64,000 nt of DNA from the human T2T-CHM13v2.0 reference genome, Homo sapiens. The notes beneath the pieces were generated by a model. The model ran no database searches, was not told the origin of the DNA, and saw nothing but the letters and a program-made list of their open reading frames with translations. Within the stretch, counting starts at the first letter, position 1. Every line of letters starts with the position of its first letter. The stretch covers positions 12,288,001 through 12,352,000 of the forward strand of contig CP068257.2 of assembly GCA_009914755.4 (NCBI GenBank), given 5' to 3'. The translations under genes and the position numbers were made by a program. Below are positions 1 through 14,247 of the stretch, piece by piece.

Positions 1-1169
1 TAATCAAGTATAAACAAAGAAATATTAGAAAATAATTAAAATTTAACTGTGAAACTTAATCTGTGTGTTGCCCCTCTTAAATTATGGGATTGTAACTAAA
101 AAGTGAAAAATAATTTGCCTTGGCTTAACACGGGACAGAAACATAAACCGGCAAGCTGAACTCTCAGTGTTTGTTTGGACTAAACTTAATGCATTATGTG
201 TAAAGTCTACCAGAAATGAATTCAAAGATGATAGGTAGTATTATAAAAGCTTCCTCTCTTACAAAGAGTTTACCTCGGCATACCAGAAAGAGTGAGCCCC
301 TACAGTGCATGTAAATTTCTGAAGATTAACTAGAGACTAGGCAAACACTAAATTATTAAGAGCCAAACTGAACAACAATAAGAAAGAGAAGCAAAATTTT
401 AAATTCTAATTCAAATGATATACTATGATAGTGTTATGTATCTAAATAGATTTTCTGCTCATATCCACTTCTAATATATTTTAAGTTCCACTAGTGATAG
501 TGTTTGGATTTTTTAAATTTTAGTAATATTTACTATGTATTTATGTTGAAATAAAGTTATTGTTTGTACCCTGATACCAAAGGTCCCATTCTGCAAGGTA
601 GGATTCTCATAAAAGGCAACTGGGTTGACTTTTATGACCCCATTCACTCCCTGAACACAGAAGTCAACTGGCGACCACAAAACAGAATAAATCTTTAACC
701 TCGGCACTGGTGACCAGCAATATAAAACTGCAACATTTGAACCACTGGCAATGATGACTCCTTTAACACTAGTTTAACTCAGTGGCCATTGTTGTTAAAT
801 TGTTCATAATTTCTATTCCTTAGTAATACGACCCAATATTTCATGTTACCTTCTGTATTATGAGTAAGGTTATACAAATAAAAGAGCAAGATAATTGTGA
901 AAAATTCTTGCCTCAATTCCAAGGGTAAAGACAGCTATGAGTTACTAGAGATAGTAAGAATTACTAGAATAACGAATAGTTACTAGAGATAGTAAGAATA
1001 TCTTAAGTTTCATAACTGGTTAAAATGTTTTAAAAATTAAATATAAAATTATGACCTATTGGATTCTAAAGGTATAGTCCAAAAGGTCATGTCATTTGGA
1101 CTACGCTTTGTTACTAAAGCAAAAAAAAAAAAACCTAATATTAAACAAGAAATTTAAATTTTCATATAC

Positions 1170-1240
1170 CTGTGGTTGCTTCTTTTCACTTCTTTCACGC
1201 CTTTGTTGCTCTTCCTCTGAAGCCACTGGTAAGGCTTTTT
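1170..1240 (-). CDS. ANKRD20A-like exon 10
   Basis: Acceptor caacag|AAAAAGCC and donor CCACAG|gtatat. Translation (E)KALPVASEEEQQRRERSEKKQPQ, which matches ANKRD20A EQALPVASEEEQERHERSEKKQPQ. Confidence 0.65.
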
Positions 1241-1738
1241 CTGTTGACAAATTCATTGTTTTAGTTCAAATGAACTAAGAACAGTTAGATAAGACTATAA
1301 TCTTTATAAAAATAAATAGAAAATAATATTTCTTTGTATTTTATATTTTGAGGGTTTAAATGAAGCTTAAGGTTTACTGAAATATTTACTTCTTTAAGAA
1401 ATACTTCTAATTATCCAAAACTTCAACAAACCACTTGGGGAGACACTAGATATCACCAGGTTCAAGCCATACAAAATCTCAGGGTCACTCACAAATTGTT
1501 CCACCCAACATAAATCAACAAAACTGTTGGAAACAAAACAAAATTTTGAAATACAGTCAAAACATACAATGTACATAACAGTATCTTTTTAACAAGACAC
1601 TAATTGAGTTGGCAGTTACTAATAATTTGCAAAATTATTGTTGTTTATATCTTAGTGTGCACCCCATTTTTTACATCGCAAATGTTTTCCCCTGCTATTC
1701 TGAAAAATTTATTTTCATCTTTTAAGACTCAGAAAGTA

Positions 1739-2036
1739 GGCTGGACATAATAGCTCACATCTGTAATCCCAGCACTTTGGAAGGCCAAAATGGGAGAATT
1801 GCTCGAGGCCAAGAGTGTAAGACCAGCCTGGGAACCATAGATAACTTTGACTCTACAAAAAATTAGGCAGGTATGGTGATATGTGCCTGTAGTCCCAGCT
1901 ACTCAAGAAGTTTAGGTGAGAAGATCCCTTGAGCCCAGGAGTTTGAGGTTGCAGTGAGTCTCAATCACGCCATTGCACTCCACCCCGGGTGATAGAGTAA
2001 GAACTTGTCTCCAACAACAGAAAAAGAAAAAAAAAA
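1739..2036 (+). mobile_element. Alu SINE
   Basis: Alu consensus (…ctgtaatcccagcactttgg…, …agtcccagctactca…) with 3' A-rich tail. Confidence 0.9.
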
Positions 2037-2589
2037 GGCTCAGAATGCTGTGTGAAGTCTTCTTTGATTCTAGCTATCTTTCTCCACACACACAGGTGTC
2101 TGTTTCATTGCGGTCCCTTAGTACTTTGTCAATTTTCCTAGTGTCACTTTACCACCTGAACTGCACATCATGTCTTTACATGTCGATCCCCTTTGCTGCT
2201 AGACTGTAGAGGACAATCTTTTGAATAATCTTTGTATAAACAGTCTTAATTTTGCTAAATAATTAGTTATTGAGCTCCTGCTAAGTGTTAGGCACTGGGG
2301 TATAAGGAAGGAACATAAAACCTGTCAGGGATGGCTTTCCTAAAGATTATGTATGAGCTGAGACTTAGAGAGTGAGGTTAGCCAGATTAAGTGAGGCAGA
2401 GAGCAGGAAAGGGTGAGCACATGCCAGGCAGCAACAAGAGAGGGAGAGAAGCTTCCAAGAGAGTATGTATTTCTCTGCAAAAGAGGAATGGTGAGGGGGC
2501 CATTACCAGCAGCTGAGTAATTCCAGAGAAAAAGGCAGATGGGGAAAGGGCTACGGATGGAGATTTGGGCAGAAATCAGTTTCCTTTTC

Positions 2590-2882
2590 TTTTCTTTTTT
2601 TGGGACAAGGTCTTACTCTGTCTCCCAGACTGGAGCACAGTGGCATGAACTTGGCTCACTGCAACCTGGTCTCCTGGGTTCAAGTAATTCTCTTGCCTCA
2701 GCCTCCCGAGTAGCTGAGATTACAGGTGCGTGCCACCACCACCTGCTATTTTTTGTATTTTATTAGAGATGGGGTTTCACCTTGTTGGCCAGGCTGGTCT
2801 TGAACTCCTGACCTCAAATGATCCATCTGCCTCAGCCTCCCAAAGTGCTGGGATCACAGACATGAGCCACCGTGCCCAACCC
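2590..2882 (-). mobile_element. Alu SINE
   Basis: Reverse-complement Alu (T-run at left; …gcctcagcctcccaaagtgctgggat…gagccaccgtgcccaacc). Confidence 0.9.
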
Positions 2883-3339
2883 AGAAGTCAGTTTCTGAAA
2901 TCTTTATATAAAGCTTTAAGATGCTTGGACATTAGGTATTCAGGAGTGGTTCATGGATCTATTTACATTAGAGATAATTAACTCTAAATACTGTAAGGAG
3001 CATAAAATTCTGAGGCATATAAATAAATGAACAAAGATAAAATATAAGGCAATGTTGCAAAGATGATGCAGGCCTGAGGAGATGTTTTCAGAAATATTTA
3101 GGATATAGGTATCAGTGGCCATTATAAGAATGAATTTTTATTGAATGAATAAATGTATATATCCAGGTCCCTGGAGAAATACACTCTGCTCATTACTTTA
3201 CAAATTTTATCAAATGAGAAGTAAGATAATATACATAAACTGTTTCAGTTACTTGTATTTACTTTACACTTTTTCTGTTTCAGTTTTACTGTGCCAAGGA
3301 AATGCATTTGGGTTTTGTGGTGGTGGTTGTTGTCATTGT

Positions 3340-3630
3340 TGTTATTTTTTGAGATGGAGTTTCACTCTTCCTGTCCAGGCTGAAGTACAGTGGTATGATC
3401 TCAGCTCACCACAACCTCTGCTTCCCAGGTTCAAGCGATTCTCCTGCCTCAGCCTCCCAAGTAACTGGAATTACAGGTATTTGCCACCATGAACAGCTAA
3501 TTTTGTGTTTTTAGTAGAGATGGGTTTTCCATGTTGGTCAGGCTGGTCTCAAACTCCCAATCTCAGGTTATCCACCCGCCTCAGCCTCCCAAAGTGCTGG
3601 GATTACAGGCACAAACCACGGCCCCCAGCC
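3340..3630 (-). mobile_element. Alu SINE
   Basis: Reverse-complement Alu with T/G-rich left tail. Confidence 0.9.
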
Positions 3631-5395
3631 ACATATGGGGATTTTGTTTCAAAAGTTCTGTTTCCTGTATCTACCAAGCTCATGAGAAAATAGAAGCAAA
3701 CAAGTCATTTGCATAGGTAAGAAACTTTGGATTTATAGCTTGTCATCACTACTCTAGAAGATTATCATCATGTTTTATAAAACAAAATGTTAATTCTAGA
3801 CATAAGGGGAAAAAGAAATTAAAACTATAGGGGTGGGGGAAAAATATTGCATAATTTATTACTGTTGACCTGATCATATGACTGATTAAGGGCACTGAAT
3901 TTAACTTGTATGTGAAGTAGACCCCACATTAGCTGCAGTTAATCAGTAGACCAGGTGTTCTAGCAGAATTAAATTTGATGCTCCTGTGTTATCTTTAAAT
4001 GACACAGCTCTTCTAAAACCCATACTCCTAGTGTATGATTATCCATTAAGACAAGGTGATGGAATGTGTGAATACAGCTGAGGAGACACCACAAGGCAAA
4101 TGCTCAATGGTTCCCATTAATATTGGGAAAAGCAACACTATAAAACAGAAATCCATAGGCATTATTTAATATTTGGTTTTGGAAGGTATTTTTAGTGACA
4201 CTGCATACAGTTGTACTGAATAATTGCAAAATTAGAGATGTAAAAATAAAACAAAGGCACATTGTGTTTGAGTAGGGAATCTGTAGATGTCTAGCTGTTT
4301 TTCCCATCCTGTCCCAAAATTCTAAATATAATCATGGTACCCACACTCAAATTTATGTTAAATAACAACCTCAATGAAATTACTCTTTCTCTTCATTCTC
4401 TTTGTTATTTATATGTTGCTTTCCTTAAGGGAAGAATACAAATGCCTTGCTAAGAAGCATTCTGTTTGGTTGTAGGCTGCATAAGGGGAGTAAACACAAA
4501 GTACGTTGGACCACAAAATGACTTTTTAAAAGTCAGAACTATGGTAGCATGAAACCAACTGAGGTAATCTAGAATAAAATTTTCTATGCTTCTTTCCCTT
4601 CTTTGCTCTCTTTCTACTCTAATAACTGCGATTCATGCAGGTAATGAAGAGTATAATTCCCTGATGGAAACACAGCTCCAAAATTAATCCTTTCTTTAAC
4701 TATGAAGTTCGCGTGTCCAAAGTCTGTAGTTGCTGTCTGATTTTTGATCACGGATGGCGATACAGATATTTATCGTCAACTCACAACTTCCCAAATCTTT
4801 GAAAAGTCTTACTATTGATGGTTCAACTAGTAGAAACATAATCTAAAATATCTGAAAATAAAGTTTTTATTTATTAGAATGTAAATAGTAATACAAATTG
4901 TAATAAGTTGTAAAAGTTCTTTCTTCACTGAAGCAGTACCATGTTGTCCTCTACCCCACAAACACACCAGTCCCTCATGGTCTAACGTATTTTAAAAGTC
5001 CTGTAATTGCTATTAACTCAGACAAGTTTACTTAACTTGCTCTAAGCTTCTGTTATTTACTACAATTTACTTTCAATCACTCAACGATCTCTATTATATA
5101 TGTTGTTTTCCATGAGAAATTTGTTTATTAGTAATTAAGATTCTTCAGGGATAAGAAAATATTTGAATAACTAAGTTTGTGCATAAACACAATAAGGTCA
5201 AATACCCATGACAATATTGTGTGTTTCTGTGTACTAGAGACAAAAACTTCAAAAAAAATTTTAATGAATAAACATTAAATTAAAAACTGCTTTCATTAAA
5301 CTGATACAATCTTCCCTCAATGCATGAATACCTTCAGAATTCACATAGACCAAAGAATTGTATAAAATATAATAGTCTTAAAAATCTTATTTGTA

Positions 5396-5701
5396 GCTGG
5401 CACAGTGGCTCCCGCCTGTAATCCCAGCACATTGGCAAGCCAAGGTGGGCAGATCACCTGAGGTCAGGAGTTTGAGAGCAGCCTGGCCAACATGCTGAAA
5501 CCCCATCTCTAATAAAAATAGAAAAATTAGCAGGGTATGGTAGCACGTGCAGGTAGTATCAGCTACTCAAGGGGCTGAGGCAGGAGAACTGCTTGAACCT
5601 GAGAGGCAGAGGTGGTAATGAGCCAAGACTGAGCCACTGCACTCCAGCCTTGGTGACAGAGCAAGACTCTGTCTCAAAAACACAAACAAACAAACAAAAA
5701 A
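5396..5701 (+). mobile_element. Alu SINE
   Basis: Alu consensus, with (caaa)n-type A-rich tail. Confidence 0.9.
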
Positions 5702-7197
5702 CATAATTGTTCCCATATAAGTCTATGTTCACAAAAGATCTGAAGAGTACACAACACCGTGAGACAGGACAGACATATATTTTAAAAGTTATATTCCTGG
5801 TTTCTGTAAAAATAAAATGGTTGAATTTAAGCTTTTAAGACAAGTCAAGGAAAAGAGCAAAAAATGCAAAAGTGAAACTTGAAAGGTCATTTCCCCATCA
5901 AGGGTTCATGATCACTGGACATTCACAAACTATATTGTTCAAAACATTAGTTCTGAATTTTGATCTGAGTATCCCTGGAGTTTCAGTTTCATTCAAGGAT
6001 GTCCAAGAGGTCAAATAAGACAATATCATTTGCTATTTTCAGTTTTCTTTTCTGAGAATAGCACAGCAAACTTCTTCAGAGAAATGAATTGTCCTAACTT
6101 CATAGGCTAAAGGCTCACGAGTCATATTTCTAAGGACATTTATAAAATATGGTGGTGCATGCTTGTATTCTGAACTTTTCAACTTTAAACTCTCATATAG
6201 TAAATATTAATAGATACAAACTGATTAAAGAAAAGCCCTCTTACTCTGACATTATTTTTATTTTTCTTTCTTTCTTCATTTATCAGCAACAGGAGAGTCT
6301 AACTAAATGTGGTAAAGTGGTATAAGGGAATACAATGAAAAGTGTAAAATGAATTAAACCAGAGATAATCATATCAATGTGGGTACATCTGGAAAATATA
6401 ATACAAAATACACCAAAGAAAGTGGCAGAAAGGTATGTAAAGTGTATAACCACTCACATACCATTTTAGGACACAAATAAAAAATTCTGCATATTATTTC
6501 TGAGCATCACAATATAGTTAAAGATTTCAAAAGGGCATTGAAATGAAAAACAACCAACTTATGATGTTGGTAGCCTCTATGCAACCATGTTTTTAAAACC
6601 TTAACACCAAAAAGTCTCAAAATCACCATTTTAAAGGACCGTGTCCACCAGTTATAAATGAATAATTACTTTCCTCATTTTTCATAGTCAAAGATGCCAC
6701 AAACACACACATACAGACACCTATACATACACATCCACACACAGTCTTGCTCACTAGAACATCTGATTGGCTTCAGATCATCAGTGTAATAACACTAGCA
6801 GCACGCCTCTAAAGTTAAAACAGAAACTGACACGTTAATAAGTAAAGCTTTCCTCTACATAAAGATCAGAACTCCAACTAGCACATAAATCAATGGAAAT
6901 ATCTTAGAGTCTCAAAATTCAGTGCTTTGAATCCCTGACAAATATAAAAATTTTATACTGAAAACTTCATGCTATTCAAAACATTAAAAGAGAAACATCT
7001 GAGTTAAAGCTTACATTTTTAAAATCTTTTTATGCTTCTAAATTTATTTTTATTCAAATATGGATACCAACAATAATATTTATGTCAATGCCTTCCATTC
7101 AATTTTGAACAAACAGAATTAGGGGTAAGAATAATGTGAGTACTTCCAATCATTTAATGTACTTATTTCCAGCATTCCATTTGTATTGAATATGTAC

Positions 7198-7270
7198 CTG
7201 CTCTCAATGTCTGTACATTCTTTCTTTGTACTGCTCCTTTCACAGCAGGATCTTCCATTTCAGTGCTAGG
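7198..7270 (-). CDS. ANKRD20A-like exon 9 (5' boundary uncertain, frame disrupted)
   Basis: Donor GAGAGCAG|gtacat. Translation PSTEMEDPAVKGAVQRKNVQTLRA(E), which matches ANKRD20A PSTEVEDPAVKGAVQRKNVQTLRAE. The only upstream AG gives a phase mismatch with exon 8, and the segment homologous to PPAKHPSLK appears rearranged. Confidence 0.5.
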
Positions 7271-9746
7271 CTGAATGGGTTTTAAAAGAAAATGATTCAT
7301 AAATCATATATATTTTATACAATGTGGAGTTAGTGATTCAAAAAATATACATAATTAATTACCTTCAAGGAAGGATGTTTTGCAGGAGGTCCTACAAAGC
7401 AAAAGGGATATGTCATCAATTATATGTAAGTATGACAGGGCCAACCAAACACTCATGCAGTGTTACTATCGAGCTGAATTCTCATGCCTGGCTACAAAAA
7501 TAATTACTTAAAGTTTTGAGGGTTCTTCTTGGCTTCTTCTTTTCATTGCCTAGGACAGCAACATGACAGAAACCTAATGAGGAAAATAGGAATACAGGAT
7601 TCCTAAAATGCACAGCTTACATTTCAGTAGTGAGATTATGTTTCAAATGCCTATACCTAAAGTAGAAAAGCATGGATATCACCGTGAACATGTGGGCTAA
7701 TGAGAAGAAAAGGGACCACTAAACAGAGTAGCAAATCAAACCTGGGGGAATCGATGTCCAAGCTGATGGTGAATGTACAGAGTATTTTAACTCAACACAT
7801 CAGAGGCATTGCTGCCAGCATGTCACAGACAAATTCCCCTTGTGCTGTCACTTAGGAAATATACAGTTGGGATGACAGTTCAGGTGAATGTGTGATTCAC
7901 CTCTCATCAAAGAAAGTGTTCTACATTGATCAGCTAGGATACACACTTATGAAATAACAGCTAATCAAACTACTCATTTTTCCCATGATCACATGGGCTA
8001 CTGCAGCACCTACATTTCTCCTATCCCCTCATTTGGCCTTGAGTTAGAGCTCCTTGATCCACTTGTGTGAGGTGGTCCATAAAACACATCAAATAAACCA
8101 TGTCGAATAAGCTTCCGATATCAAAATATTTAGCAAAAAAGAAAACACTGAATTACCACAGACTTGCTGGATACGAATACACATTTATATTTCAAAATCA
8201 GTGCAGTATTTATTGAAAATGAGAATTTTGGTATTCACAAATGAATTTTATAATACAATTGCTTCTAAAATTAACTAAGTTTGGTATATCATCTTACACT
8301 GTAAAGGACTTTTATAAAGCAGCTATCATATCAAAGAACTGGCTGTCTCAAAAAAAATTAGCCAAAGCATCTATATGCAACTTAATCACATCTTATTCAC
8401 TCATGTCAATGAAACTTCTCTCTCTGAGGCCTGAAAATTATGAAGTGAAATGAGCTGCTGTGGTTTACCCCAGTTCTAGCACTCCCTCCTGCCTCCAGTA
8501 CTCTCCACAGCAATAACCTCTTTTGTGAGACTGGGCATATGCTGAAGCAACTGGAAGTGAGTTGTCTCAAGTTTACTTGGCTTTAACTCCCAAGACCCCA
8601 GCAAATGTCTTTCTTTCCTCCCTCTGTGTCCTTTCACAATCCCTCTTCCTTTGAAAAAGTGATTTTTAGATCTGTCATCCTGATGCTTCCCTTCCTAACT
8701 GCTTTTTATGGATAATTGTGACAACTTTTTTCATCTGTATTCAGCAGTAGTATACACCTGTAATCTCTCTTTTTTCATCTCATTTTCCTTCCCCTGTGGC
8801 TAGAATCATGCTCAGAAATAAAAGGAAATTAATGCTTTCCCTGGATTCTGTTATTATTCAAATTGCTCTCCAGTGGTTCTTTTTCCAGATTTCTCTAAAG
8901 GAAGGCTATTCCCTTGCTATTTAGAGCTGTGTCCAAGGACCAGCAACAACATCACCTGAGTACTCATGAGAAATGCAGACTCCCATACCTGCTAAATCAG
9001 AATGTGCAGTTTCCAGAAGCTCCTCAACTAATTCATGATGATCTGAATGCCCTGTTTTACACTTTATGTGATTCCATATTAGTTTACCCTAATTGCCCTT
9101 TTTGGCCTAGCCTCAATTTCTTCCCTATTATGTCTCTGAATTTAATACTACATTATAAGCCATAATGTTTCTAATGAACTTTTAATCAGGTAATACCTTC
9201 TCTAATTAATTACTTCTCCATACATCACCCAACACTATTCTTTTCAATTACGTTAATTTGGCCTATATGATACTATCCTATGAGGTTACACTTTCTTTAA
9301 AACCAAATTATAGCCATATATGGCTGACCATTTATGGTGATGTTCATCTATGGTAGATAAAACACAGGTCTGTGTGGTAAAATACCTCAATCCTTAATGC
9401 CTCCCCAGTAGTGAGGATGACAGCAAGAGTAGGAAAATGTTACTCTAATTCTCTGACACATGTTGGTAATGGAAGTTCACTTTATCTTCCTTCCTATTTC
9501 TAACACCCTGTTCTTCCTTCTTCTACAGATCAATGTGACTTTACTACCCTCTATTACATACTTCCACATATGTGTTTTTATTTATTCCATGTACACTCTG
9601 CCCTCCTCATCTCTCTTTCTCTTTTATTCATTTCCTCTTCCCTCTCTCCTGACTTGCCTTAGGTCTTAGAGTATCTTAAAATGGAACTCACAACTCAGCT
9701 CCTTTAGTGGTACTCCCAATAGAATCAACTGCTGACCCTTGGTTAG

Positions 9747-10158
<412 letters not shown>

Positions 10159-10196
10159 TCCAACAAATGACTTTTTAAATAAAATACAGTTCTCAC

Positions 10197-10281
10197 CTTC
10201 TCCTTTTCCATTGACTATTCTGTTTCCTTTTCCATGGGAAGGTCCACGTAAAGGCTCTGACACTTTCTTGGGGACACACTG
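10197..10281 (-). CDS. ANKRD20A-like exon 8
   Basis: Acceptor ccttag|CAGTGTG and donor GAAG|gtgaga. Translation QCVPKKVSEPLRGPSHGKGNRIVNGKGE(G), which matches ANKRD20A QCVPEKVSEPLPGSSHEKGNRIVNGQGEG. It directly abuts an Alu. Confidence 0.7.
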
Positions 10282-10361
10282 CTAAGGTAGTATCAAGAAT
10301 TAGTTTCCATTTTAAAATTATAATGAGTTGCATCAAGAGTTTCTTGTCAATCTCTTTTTAT

Positions 10362-10650
10362 GAAACTGGTTCTCACTCTGTCAACCCAGGGCTAGAATGC
10401 AGGGGCCTGATTATGGCTCACTGTGGTCTCAAACTCCTGACCTCAAGCAATCTTCCCACCTCAACTTCCTGAATAGCTGGAACTACAGGTGCATACCATC
10501 ATGCCATGCTAATGTTTCTATTGTTATCTTTGTAGAAACACGGCCTCATTATACTGCCCAGGCTGGTCTCAAGCTCCTAGGCTCTAGTAAATCTTCGACT
10601 TCTGCCTCCCGAAGTGTTGAGATAAGCAGTGTGCACCACAACACCCAGCC
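10362..10650 (-). mobile_element. Alu SINE (older, more diverged)
   Basis: Diverged reverse-complement Alu dimer. Confidence 0.75.
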
Positions 10651-10683
10651 CTAATCAATTTATTTAAATCAGTTTCAATGTTG

Positions 10684-10975
10684 CCCAGGCATAGTGGCTC
10701 ACAACTGTAATCTCAGCCTTTTGCAAGGCCAAGGTGGGTGGATTGCTTGAGTTCAGGAGTTTGAGACCTGCCTGGGCAACATAATGAGAACACATCTCTA
10801 CACAAAAAATACCAAAATGAGTCAGGCATGATGGTGTGTGCCTGTAGTCCCAGCTGCTTGGGAAGCTGATGTGGGAGGATCACTTGAGCCTGAGAGGTGG
10901 AGACTGTAGCATGCCAAGATCATGCCACTACATTGCAGCCTGAGCAACACAGCAAGACCCTGACTCCCCAAAAAT
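10684..10975 (+). mobile_element. Alu SINE
   Basis: Alu consensus. Confidence 0.85.
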
Positions 10976-11289
10976 ATCAATTTAAAATGTGAGAATGAAG
11001 AGAGATACAAACAAAAAAGAAGCCTAATTGGTCAACGAAATATGAGCTTAAGCCAAGAAAGAAAAGAAACAACATGAAGTACGATAAAGTACATGGGGAA
11101 ATAGATCTATAACAGAGCTTTTTGGTCTTTCATATCCCTGATAATACTAATTAATATTTATGCTACAATTAGTTTTTTGTAAGTACTTCTGTGATAGAGT
11201 TTATTACTATAAGACATTCAATTAGCTAAATATGGTCAACTACCACTACCTGAAAGAACATTATTATAACAGAGAGAGAAAACTGGAAC

Positions 11290-12137
11290 TTTCCATCAAT
11301 GTTCCACCCAGAAAAAGAATTTGTCACCAGAATTCTAAAGAGTGATGTATGGCAGACACATGAAAAAATGCTCATCATCACTTGCCATCAGAGAAATGCA
11401 AATCAAAACCATAATGAGATACCATCTCACACCAGTTAGAATGGCAATCATTAAAAAGTCAGGAAACAACAGGTGCTGGAGAGGATGTGGAGAAATAGGA
11501 AGAGTTTTACACTGTTGGTGGGACTGTAAACTAGTTCAACCATTGTGGAAGACAGTCTGGCGATTCCTCAAGGATCTAGAACTAGAAATGCCATTTGACC
11601 CAGTCATCCCATTATTGGGTATATAGCCAAAGGATTATAAATCATGCTGCTATAAACACACATGCACACGTATGTTTATTGCAGCACTACTCACAATAGC
11701 AAAGACTTGGAACCAACCCAAATGTCCAACAATGATAGACTGGATTAAGAAAATGTGGCACATATACATCATGGAATACTATGCAGCCACAAAAAAGGAT
11801 GACTTCATGTCCTTTGTAGGGACATGGATAAAGCTGGAAACCATCATTCTGAGCAAACTGTCACAAGGACAGAAAATCAAACACTGCATGTTCTCACTCA
11901 TAGGTGGGAACTGAACAATGAGAACACTTAGACACAGGAAGGGGAACATCACACACCGGGGCCTGTTGTGGGGTGGGGGGAGGGGGAAGGGATAGCATTA
12001 GGAGATATGTCTAATGTAAATGACGAGTTAATGGGTGCAACACAGCAACATGGCACATGTATACATATGTAACAAACCTGCATGTTGTGCACATGTACCC
12101 GAGAACTTAAAATATAATAGTAATAATAATAATAAAA
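11290..12137 (+). mobile_element. L1PA-type 3' end fragment (ORF2 C-terminus + 3'UTR + A-rich tail)
   Basis: ORFs 11342..11626 and 11672..11914 (+) encode [46 protein letters not shown]... and MFIAALLTIAKTWNQPKCPTMIDWIKKMWHIYIMEYYAA...SLIGGN. Ends in (aat)n aaaa at ~12137. Confidence 0.85.
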
Positions 12138-12503
12138 GGTAACGTATGGCTTGAAAAGGTATATTTAATAGAATGTGAGTTGGGACTAATAAAAAGCTTA
12201 AGAAATGTTAATCAAAAATCTCAATGTTAAGATTCCAGTTCAATGATACTAGAAAATATATTGTAACCCTCTTTGCTACTGATGACCTATTTCTAATTTA
12301 TTTCCTTTTTAATTATGGCATAATTTTTCAACATAACACATCAAAACTTATATGCCCTTAAATATTAAAAAATAATACAAATGTAAGCAATATTTTAAAT
12401 ACAATATTTAATTGTTAGATACATTAGGTATATTATATTACTTATAACATTCCATTATATAAAAATTCATTTGTGTATTTATTCAGATTAAACAACTATT
12501 AAG

Positions 12504-12806
12504 GCTGAATGTCTCATGCCTGTAACCCCAGCACTTTGAGAGGCTGAGGCGGGCAGAACACTTGAGCCCAACAGTTAAAGACCAGCCTGGGCAACAAGGC
12601 AAAACCCTGTCTCTACAAAACTCAGCCGAGCATGGTGACACAGGTCTATGGTGACATAGCTCTATTGTTTCAACTACTTGGATGGCTGAAGTGTGAGGAT
12701 CTCCTGAGCCCAGGAAATGGAGATCGGAGTGAGCCAAGATCTCACCAGTGCCCTCCAGCCTGGGTGACAGAGTGAAACCCCATCTCAAAAAACAACAAGC
12801 AAAATG
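12504..12806 (+). mobile_element. Alu SINE
   Basis: Alu consensus with A-rich tail. Confidence 0.85.
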
Positions 12807-12903
12807 TTTCTTACATGGAAGACTGTATTCTAGGTACTCCAGGATACACACAAATATGTTTACTGAACTCCAGTAGCCTATAGTATGCAGGAGCTTCCAA
12901 TGA

Positions 12904-13313
<410 letters not shown>

Positions 13314-13544
13314 TAAACTACAATGACAAAATTATGATGATAAAGTCTTACCATATTGGTATTAAGAGTCTCTGCTTCTAGAACTGGTTATTTGCAGCAA
13401 AATACATGTTATTCAATTAGATGAAGTGTTTTATATAAACTCTTCATGGATAACTCATAAAACACACAAAAATCCCTTTGCAATACAAATTTTGAGAACA
13501 TAAATTTAAATTTCTACGTTTCCACAATTTATATTTTTAAATCA

Positions 13545-13665
13545 GATACAGTCTTGTTATGTTGCCCAGGCTGTTCTCAAATTCCTGGGATCAAGCAATC
13601 TTCCTGCATCAAACTCCCAAGTAGCAGGGACTACAGGTGTACACCACCACACTCAGCTATTTTTC
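13545..13665 (-). mobile_element. Partial Alu (monomer-length fragment)
   Basis: …gttgcccaggctgttctcaaattcctgggatcaagcaatcttcctgcatcaaactcccaagtagcagggactacaggtgtacaccaccac. Confidence 0.7.
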
Positions 13666-14177
13666 TACAATTTTTAATATTATTTTAGTCCCACTACAGA
13701 ACCAGTAATATAAGTAGAGAAACAATCTCTCCTAAAAACTATATGATACCAAAATAATAAGTTTCCAAGAACAAAAGCTATATGCTATGTGCTGAACCTT
13801 TTTGCAACTAAAAGTTACCAGGACACTCATATGATTTAAAAGTCAAAGTATTAGTGTTTATCCAAATAAAGCTTAATCAAATTTCATATTTCCTCTATTG
13901 GAGAAAGCATTTCCTAATGTGATTTTCCTGTCACTACTTATTTTCCAGTTCATTTTTTTTCAGCTCCTAACCTGTCACAGTACTTATCAATCTTTGTTAG
14001 TTACCAAAGTTAAACACATTTTTTCAATCAACTAGCCATATATATGTTTTTCTCTGACCCACTTTCCATTACCACCATAAAACAATGAAAGGTAAACCAC
14101 TGCTAAGTTTGAAAAGTAAATACTATGCAAAACTACATTCAGAGTGAGAAAATTAATTTTACAAGAGACCACTTTAC

Positions 14178-14247
14178 CTTAGCAGCAATACTCAAGACTT
14201 TGTCATCCAATGCAGGCAATAAATCCACACACAGTTCATGGAAAATG
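14178..14247 (-). CDS. ANKRD20A-like exon 7
   Basis: Acceptor ctctgaag|CATTTTCC and donor GCTAAG|gtaaag. Translation (S)IFHELCVDLLPALDDKVLSIAAK, which matches ANKRD20A ...SIFHELRVDSLPASDDKDLNVATK. Confidence 0.65.
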